Of a stretch of 64,000 nt of DNA, positions 58,300-64,000 are shown piece after piece (within the stretch, counting starts at the first letter, position 1; each line of letters starts with the position of its first letter). Source of the stretch: Alphaproteobacteria bacterium. Its GTDB lineage: Bacteria > Pseudomonadota > Alphaproteobacteria > UBA2966. Made by a program: the position numbers and the translations under genes. The stretch spans positions 1,708,199 through 1,772,198 of the forward strand of contig OZ251449.1 of the NCBI GenBank assembly GCA_965242505.1, read 5' to 3'. A model generated the notes under the pieces. The model was not told the DNA's origin, ran no database searches, and was given only the letters and a program-made list of their open reading frames with translations.

Positions 58300-59252
58300 G
58301 GCGAGCGGCCCGACGGCGCCATGCCGCGGTCGAGGCGAGCCTCGGCGATGGTATCCGCGATCCGCGATCGGATATCGGGAAGCCGGTACTGGATGTCGCG
58401 CGCGAGGCGGCGGCCGTCCGACGTCCGCAGGTTCGGATAAGGGGCGACGCCCTCGGGGAACGAGATTTCCGCGTCCGGAAGATGCTCGGCGATCATGGCC
58501 GCGACCTCCTCCAGGCTGGCGGTCGTCCCGCCCGAAACATAGATGTCTCGCTCCAGGCCGTCCGCCAGGCACAGGCGCGCGAACATCTCGGCGACGTCAT
58601 CGACGTGGACGAGCGACGACGTCTGCCTGGGGGATTGCGTCGACGCGAATTTTCCGTCCAGCGCGGCGCCGCGGATCATCCGCGACACCTCCGCGCTGCG
58701 CCCCGTCGTTCTGCCGTACCCGAAGACGGAGGCCGGCCGCAACGCCCGCGTATCGAGACCGAAGCGCTCCGCGTATCGTCGCGCGACGACCTCGTTCATC
58801 GCCTTGGTGTGGCCGTAAACGATGTTCGGACGGACCTCGTCGTCCTCATCGACGGGACGGTCGCCGTAGTACTCCTGGTCGTCGAACACGGCCACGGAAC
58901 TGGCGTAGACGACGCGTTCGAGACCCAGCCTCGCGGCCGCCTCGAAGACATTCGTCGCCCCCATCACGTTGACGCGCATGGCGAGCCGCGGCTCGTCCTC
59001 CGTCACCGGGGCCAGCAGCGCCGCGAGATGGACGACGCGGCGGACTTCGCGCTCCCGGATCGCGGCGACGAGATCGTCCATCCGCGAGACATCGCCCCGG
59101 ACGACGGCCGGACGCGGCCCGTCCCCGAGATCCGGGAACCGCCGCGCGTCGAGCGCATGGTCCAGACAGACGACGGTCTCGCCTTTCGACAGCAGAGCCC
59201 GCGCGACACGACCGCCGATGAAGCCCGCACCGCCCGTTACCAGGACCGACAA
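58296..59252 (-). CDS. NAD-dependent epimerase/dehydratase
   Basis: VLVTGGAGFIG, HLAA, YASS, YGHTK; TTG start after GGGAGG. Confidence 0.9.
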   Translation of the reverse strand: MSVLVTGGAGFIGGRVARALLSKGETVVCLDHALDARRFPDLGDGPRPAVVRGDVSRMDDLVAAIREREVRRVVHLAALLAPVTEDEPRLAMRVNVMGATNVFEAAARLGLERVVYASSVAVFDDQEYYGDRPVDEDDEVRPNIVYGHTKAMNEVVARRYAERFGLDTRALRPASVFGYGRTTGRSAEVSRMIRGAALDGKFASTQSPRQTSSLVHVDDVAEMFARLCLADGLERDIYVSGGTTASLEEVAAMIAEHLPDAEISFPEGVAPYPNLRTSDGRRLARDIQYRLPDIRSRIADTIAEARLDRGMAPSGRSP

Positions 59253-59412
59253 TGAACGCCCTCCCGTTCCCTCCCGGAAACATAGAGCATATCCCGTCCG
59301 GCTGGAATCGGCTGTCCTCCACCTCGGACCCCTCGTCGTTCCTCGCGTCCCGCCCGGCCCGTCCGGCGTTGCAAAATGGCGGGAGCGGACATAACGTGCC
59401 GGGCGTTCCCGG

Positions 59413-59500
59413 GGAGGGGTGGCCGAGTGGTCGAAGGCGCGCGCTTGGAGAGCGCGTGTACGCTTGCGTACCGTGGGTTCGAATCCCACCCCCTCCGCCA
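59413..59500 (+). tRNA. tRNA-Ser(GGA)
   Basis: Acceptor GGAGGGG/CCCCTCC-G-CCA, D-arm GGCCGAGTGGTCGAAGGC, anticodon stem CGCGC-TTGGAGA-GCGCG, long variable arm, GGGTTCGAATCCC. Confidence 0.96.
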
Positions 59501-59541
59501 TGGCGCGCCGCTGACGCGGAACGAGTCAAGGAGACGCGGCG

Positions 59542-60390
59542 ATGGCGCTGCCTTACGACATGGGAAACGCGGGCGATCTGCTCAAGCACGGCGTTCTGGC
59601 GGAGTTCATCCGTTGGCAATGCGAGCAGGACAAGTCGTTCCGCTTCATCGACCTGTTCGGCGGCGAGCCGTGTAACCAATCGGCGCCCGATAGCGATGCC
59701 GAGGCGGCCAAACGCAGGATGATGGTGGCGATGCGCGTCAGGGAACTGCCGGAATGGACAGCGCTGAGGAAGGCGCAAACCGGTATTGGGCAAGATCGTT
59801 ACTACGGCAGCGGCCTCTTGGTACGGAAAGTCGCCGCCCAAACCGGGAAAGGAGATGTGAGTATCTTGGTCAACGACTCTTGCTGTGCGCGTCGCGAAAG
59901 GCTTCGGAAATCGGGATTGTCCTTGCTGAATGAAGACGGTTCCGATGCTTACGAGGAATTCGAGAAGATCGTTGATGACGGCGAGTTGGGTAAAGACGAC
60001 CTGGTGTTGATCGACCCCTTTGCGAAATTCCTTCCATCCAAGGCGAATGAGGTTATCCCGCAGATGGAGAAGGCGGCCGAACGCGCGGCGGTGCTTCTCT
60101 TCGCGCTGAATCTGGATCCCTGCAATTGGGTCGGCCGAAGGTTCGAGGTGCTCCTGAAGAAACATCTGCCAAGCGCGTGGCGCATGACCATGCCGCCGCT
60201 TCGTTTCACCGGGATCGGAGGCGAGTCGAAATATCACGCGGAGGTCGTGCTGGCCGCGCGCGCCTTGACGGATCCGGATACGGCCGCGCCGAGAAGGTAT
60301 CTCGAAAGGCGTCTTGAGAAACTCGCTGCGTACTTGGCGGATATTCCCGCTTGCCAGCTCAGACCCCGGGCCGTGCGCGAACGGGAATAG
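59542..60390 (+). CDS. RlmJ-like SAM-dependent methyltransferase, divergent
   Basis: YDMGNAGDLLKH (compare RlmJ HAGNxADVxKH), FIDLFGG, YYGS, LVLIDPF; SD AGGAG. Confidence 0.65.
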   Translation: MALPYDMGNAGDLLKHGVLAEFIRWQCEQDKSFRFIDLFGGEPCNQSAPDSDAEAAKRRMMVAMRVRELPEWTALRKAQTGIGQDRYYGSGLLVRKVAAQTGKGDVSILVNDSCCARRERLRKSGLSLLNEDGSDAYEEFEKIVDDGELGKDDLVLIDPFAKFLPSKANEVIPQMEKAAERAAVLLFALNLDPCNWVGRRFEVLLKKHLPSAWRMTMPPLRFTGIGGESKYHAEVVLAARALTDPDTAAPRRYLERRLEKLAAYLADIPACQLRPRAVRERE

Positions 60391-60463
60391 ACGACAAGAT
60401 ACGGGAACAAGCGGGAACACATCGTGCTTGCAGACGGGACCGCGATGGCCTATCTTCGGAGTC

Positions 60464-60571
60464 ATGATCGCGCGCGTGATCGCAACCACCTTCGATACGC
60501 TCGGAATCGTGCTCGCCAACGTCGGCTTGACCTTCGCCTTGCTCAAGCTGCTTCCGCAGGTCGCGCCGTGA
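60464..60571 (+). pseudogene. Short membrane-anchor ORF or remnant
   Basis: GIVLANVGLTFALLKLLP, paralogous to 60726-61001. Confidence 0.35.
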
Positions 60572-60725
60572 CCGGACACCGCGCGGCGTGAAGGGAAATT
60601 GAAGAGATGGGAATACCGGGACCCGTGGACGTCGTTGACGACGACGTCGGCTACGCGCGACGCCGGCCAATCGGCGGCTTGTCCGTCCTCGGCTTCGACT
60701 CGATGGCTACACGGAAGCCGACGCT

Positions 60726-61001
60726 GTTGACCTCAAGACTGACTTTGCCGCGCTCAAGGCCGATGTCGTCCGCCTCGACACGCGGTTCACTGTCCGCGTC
60801 GCCGTCGGCATCGTGCTCGCCAATGTCGCCATCGCCACCATCGCCGTCGCGGCGCTCGTGAACCTGCTTCCGTCGAGGACAGGCGCGGCGCCCCCGTCGA
60901 GATTCCCGAGCGCCCCCTACCCCCCGATGTTTGACGACTTCGCTGTTACAGGGTCCCCCTCACGCCCCGAAAGGAGCAACTTCAAGGTATTCGGCATTTG
61001 A
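60726..61001 (+). pseudogene. Coiled-coil + C-terminal TM (DUF1640/CCDC90-like) remnant
   Basis: VDLKTDFAALKADVVRLDTRFTVRVAVGIVLANVAIATIAVAALVNLL with no in-frame start upstream. Confidence 0.4.
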
Positions 61002-61100
61002 CGGGAAACCTGCGGTTGGCCGCGCGAACGCGGATCGGACGGCGGCGGCGGGCGGTGGCGGTCCGGACGGGGTTTGGAACCCTGCGGGCGGCACAGTGGA

Positions 61101-61115
61101 CACCACCTCCGCCAT
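61101..61115 (+). repeat. Possible attR: copy of tRNA-Ser 3' end
   Basis: CACCACCTCCGCCAT versus CACCCCCTCCGCCAT at 59487-59501 (14/15). Confidence 0.5.
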
Positions 61116-61179
61116 TTTGGATAAGGCCACCGTCGGCGCCGGGAAATAGCGCGCCACTACAGTGCATGACACATGGATC

Positions 61180-61674
61180 ATGACATCCATACATAGCGAG
61201 CAATCTTCCTATCGCGAGATGCTCATTGAACATCTGTTCGTGGGTGAAATTCTTCGCGTTCTCTGGCCTCGTCGCGTCGAGGTGATGAAACCTTTGGTCG
61301 ACGACGGAGGATACGATCTTGTCATGGAGTTCGACGGCATCGCCCGCCATATTCAGCTCAAAACCTCAAAGCGGGACGCGACAACTGCGCAACAGAAAAT
61401 TCATCAGCGGTTACGAGAGAAACCCAGTGGTTGCGTAATCTGGATCCGATTCGACGGCCCCGGGTTCAATTTAGGACCGTTTCTCTGGTTTGGATGCCCT
61501 CCTGGAGAACGTCTCCCCTGCCTTTCCAATTATCCAACCGCCCGCCATACCAAAGGCGATTCGAGTGGGAGAAAGTTGGAACGGCCCGCGATTCACGTCA
61601 TTCCCAAGAGGGATTTCACGCAATTGGAAGACATCTCCGAAGTTATCGATAAATTATTCGGCAATGACACCTGA
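61180..61674 (+). CDS. Small PD-(D/E)XK-like nuclease (D...QLK variant)
   Basis: VDDGGYDLVME...RHIQLKTS; clearly lower GC than flanks. Confidence 0.7.
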   Translation: MTSIHSEQSSYREMLIEHLFVGEILRVLWPRRVEVMKPLVDDGGYDLVMEFDGIARHIQLKTSKRDATTAQQKIHQRLREKPSGCVIWIRFDGPGFNLGPFLWFGCPPGERLPCLSNYPTARHTKGDSSGRKLERPAIHVIPKRDFTQLEDISEVIDKLFGNDT

Positions 61675-61709
61675 ACGATAGGGTGGGATTTCAGTACATC
61701 GGTGACGTC

Positions 61710-62474
61710 ATGCCCCATCCTCGACGGCTCGACGGCCGTTGCGCCGTCGTCACCGGCGCGGCGAGCGGAATCGGCGCCGCCACCGCCCGGCGATTCGCCG
61801 ATGAAGGGGCGCGGGTCCTTCTGGTCGACCGATCCCCGGAAGTCGCGGCGGTCGCCGCCGGGATCGGCGGCGCGCCGCTCGAACTGGACGTCGCCGGAAC
61901 CGACGCGGGCCGGCGGCTGGCGTCGGCGGCGCTCGACGCCTTCGGGCGTATCGACATCCTGGTCAACAACGCCGGCATCGGATTTCCGCGCGGGCTCGCG
62001 GATACCGGCGACGACGATCTCGTCCGGATCGTGGACGTCGATCTGGTCGCCGTCTTGCGCGTCATCCGCGACGCGATGCCGCACATCGCCCGTCCCGGCG
62101 GGCGCGTCCTGAACGTCTCGTCGGCCTTCGGCGTCGGCGCGCACCCGAACAGCACGGTGTACGCCGCCGCGAAAGCGGGCATCGCCCACGCCACGCGGCA
62201 GCTCGCCGCCGAACTCGGACCCGAAGGGGTATTGGTGAACGCCGTCGCGCCCGGCGTCATCGACACTCCGATGACCCACGACCGGATCGTCGGCGATGAC
62301 TACTACCGGACGGCGCTCGTCGATGCCGCTCCGTTGCGCCGTTCCGGCGCGCCCGAAGAGGTCGCGTCGGTTCTCTGTTTCCTCGCTTCGGACGACGCAT
62401 CCTTCGTTACCGGCCAGGTCATCGCCGTCGACGGCGGCTGGACGACGGCCCGCCACCCCCCGCGCGCGGACTGA
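61710..62474 (+). CDS. SDR-family oxidoreductase
   Basis: TGAASGIG, LVNNAG, YAAAK, VNAVAPG, VDGG. Confidence 0.93.
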   Translation: MPHPRRLDGRCAVVTGAASGIGAATARRFADEGARVLLVDRSPEVAAVAAGIGGAPLELDVAGTDAGRRLASAALDAFGRIDILVNNAGIGFPRGLADTGDDDLVRIVDVDLVAVLRVIRDAMPHIARPGGRVLNVSSAFGVGAHPNSTVYAAAKAGIAHATRQLAAELGPEGVLVNAVAPGVIDTPMTHDRIVGDDYYRTALVDAAPLRRSGAPEEVASVLCFLASDDASFVTGQVIAVDGGWTTARHPPRAD

Positions 62475-62565
62475 GGTTCCCGGCGGGACGCCTTGCAATA
62501 CCGCCGCGAAGCTGCCATGTGAACGCCCCATCCTTCCATCGGCGGCGGAGAAGCGGGTCACGGCC

Positions 62566-64000
62566 ATGCCGAAGTCCTACCTGGAGCGGGTTCTGCGCGC
62601 CAACGTCTACGACGTGGCCCGGGAGACCCCTCTCGAGCGGATGGATCTGCTGTCCGAGGCGATCGGCCACAACGTACTGTTGAAGCGCGAGGACCTGCAG
62701 CCGGTCTTCTCGTTCAAGATCCGGGGCGCGTACAACAAGATCGCCAACCTCGACGAGGACGCGCGCGGCAACGGCGTGATCTGCGCATCGGCGGGCAATC
62801 ACGCCCAGGGCGTGGCGCTCGCGGCGGCCGCGCTGGGCCTGAGAGCGGTCGTCGTCATGCCCGCCACGACGCCGAGGATCAAGTCCGACGCCGTCGCGCG
62901 GCTCGGCGGGGACGTCGTCCTGCATGGGCTTTCCGTCGACGAGTCGTTCGAACGGGCCCACGCCATGGCCGAGAGCGACGGTCTGGCCTTCGTTCATCCC
63001 TTCGAGGACGCCGACGTGATCGCCGGCCAGGGCACGATCGGGCTGGAGATCCTGCGCCAGAACGGCAACGGGATGGACGCCATCTTCGCGCCTATCGGCG
63101 GCGGCGGCCTGATCGCCGGCGTCGCGTCCTACGTCAAGTCGCTCTGGCCCGGCGTCAAGATCATCGGCGTGGAGCCGGAAGACGCGGCCACCATGCACGC
63201 GGCGCTGAAGGCGGGGCGTCCGATGGAGCTGAACGAAGTGGGTCTGTTCGCCGACGGCGTCGCCGTGCGCACCGTCGGCGAGGAGACCCATCGCATCGCG
63301 GCGGAATGCGTCGACGACATCGTGCTCGTCAACACCGACGAGATCTGCGCCGCCATTCTGGACATCTACGAGGATACCCGCTCGATCGCCGAACCCGCCG
63401 GCGCCCTCGCCGTCGCCGGACTGAAGACCTACGCCGCCGGGCGGCGGTCCCGGGACGAGACGCTGATCGCGATCCTGTCCGGCGCCAACGTCAACTTCGA
63501 CCGCCTGCGGCACATCTCCGAGCGCGCCGACATCGGGCGCGAGCGCGAGGCCCTGTTCGCCGTCACCATTCCCGAGCGGCCCGGCAGCCTGCGGCAGTTC
63601 TGCGAGGTCGTCGGCAAGCGCGCCATCACCGAGTTCAACTACCGGTTCGCGGACGGCGACGAAGCGCGGATATTCGTCGGCCTCGAGCTGCGCCAGGGCC
63701 GGCGGGAACGGGACAATCTGCTCTCGACCCTGGAGAGCGAGGGCTTTCCCGTCGTCGACATGACCGACAACGAGCTCGCCAAGATTCACGTCCGGTACAT
63801 GGTCGGCGGCCACGGCGACCCCGGACTGGACGAAAAGCTCTACCGCTTCTTCTTTCCCGAACGGCCCGGCGCCCTGCTCGGCTTCCTGAACGAGATGGGT
63901 CAGCGCTGGAACATCAGCCTGTTCCACTACCGCAATCATGGATCGGCCTACGGGCGCGTCCTGATGGGCTTCCAGGTGCCGGCGGACGGCGAGGGCGAGT
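62566..64000 (+). CDS. ilvA: Biosynthetic threonine ammonia-lyase (3'-partial)
   Basis: Read directly from sequence (absent from the ORF track because it has no stop in the window): LLKREDLQPVFSFKIRGAYN, SAGNHAQG, GGGGL, SGANVNFDRL, ACT-like PERPG repeats. Confidence 0.95.
   Translation, partial: MPKSYLERVLRANVYDVARETPLERMDLLSEAIGHNVLLKREDLQPVFSFKIRGAYNKIANLDEDARGNGVICASAGNHAQGVALAAAALGLRAVVVMPATTPRIKSDAVARLGGDVVLHGLSVDESFERAHAMAESDGLAFVHPFEDADVIAGQGTIGLEILRQNGNGMDAIFAPIGGGGLIAGVASYVKSLWPGVKIIGVEPEDAATMHAALKAGRPMELNEVGLFADGVAVRTVGEETHRIAAECVDDIVLVNTDEICAAILDIYEDTRSIAEPAGALAVAGLKTYAAGRRSRDETLIAILSGANVNFDRLRHISERADIGREREALFAVTIPERPGSLRQFCEVVGKRAITEFNYRFADGDEARIFVGLELRQGRRERDNLLSTLESEGFPVVDMTDNELAKIHVRYMVGGHGDPGLDEKLYRFFFPERPGALLGFLNEMGQRWNISLFHYRNHGSAYGRVLMGFQVPADGEGE

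Noticed and set aside
59253-59501. N-terminal extension of the epimerase ORF to 59501
   Set aside because: It runs antisense through tRNA-Ser; a TTG with SD at 59252 fits the family start.

Overview
High-GC alphaproteobacterial (Rhodospirillales-like) chromosomal window. The core content is glnE, amtB, gltX-gltA, gloA, the conserved dnaE-rpsB-tsf-pyrH-frr-uppS-cdsA-dxr-rseP-bamA-skp-lpxD-fabZ-lpxA-lpxI run (no lpxB), msrB-chaC, a probable Zur-regulated metal uptake cluster, icmF, hemB, lepA, tRNA-Ser(GGA) and ilvA (partial). The most striking accessory feature is a 3,453-bp-period tandem duplication of a single-chain Type IIG/IIL-like restriction-modification gene (39671-42574 and 43124-46027). 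The upstream, nuclease and methyltransferase parts look identical by eye, and about 40 amino-acid differences are confined to the C-terminal, presumed target-recognition, region. The duplication junction cuts through a Zur-like box. Other accessory items: a C5 methyltransferase-Vsr locus with only a stump of the presumed restriction gene; two stand-alone PD-(D/E)XK-like nucleases; a HigBA toxin-antitoxin pair; a small tRNA-Ser islet carrying an RlmJ-like methyltransferase; a truncated IS481-like element; three distinct MITE-like families (one nested in another, one whose ends supply stop codons); and several short gene remnants. All calls come from reading motifs by eye; no database searches were run, and start codons are best estimates.
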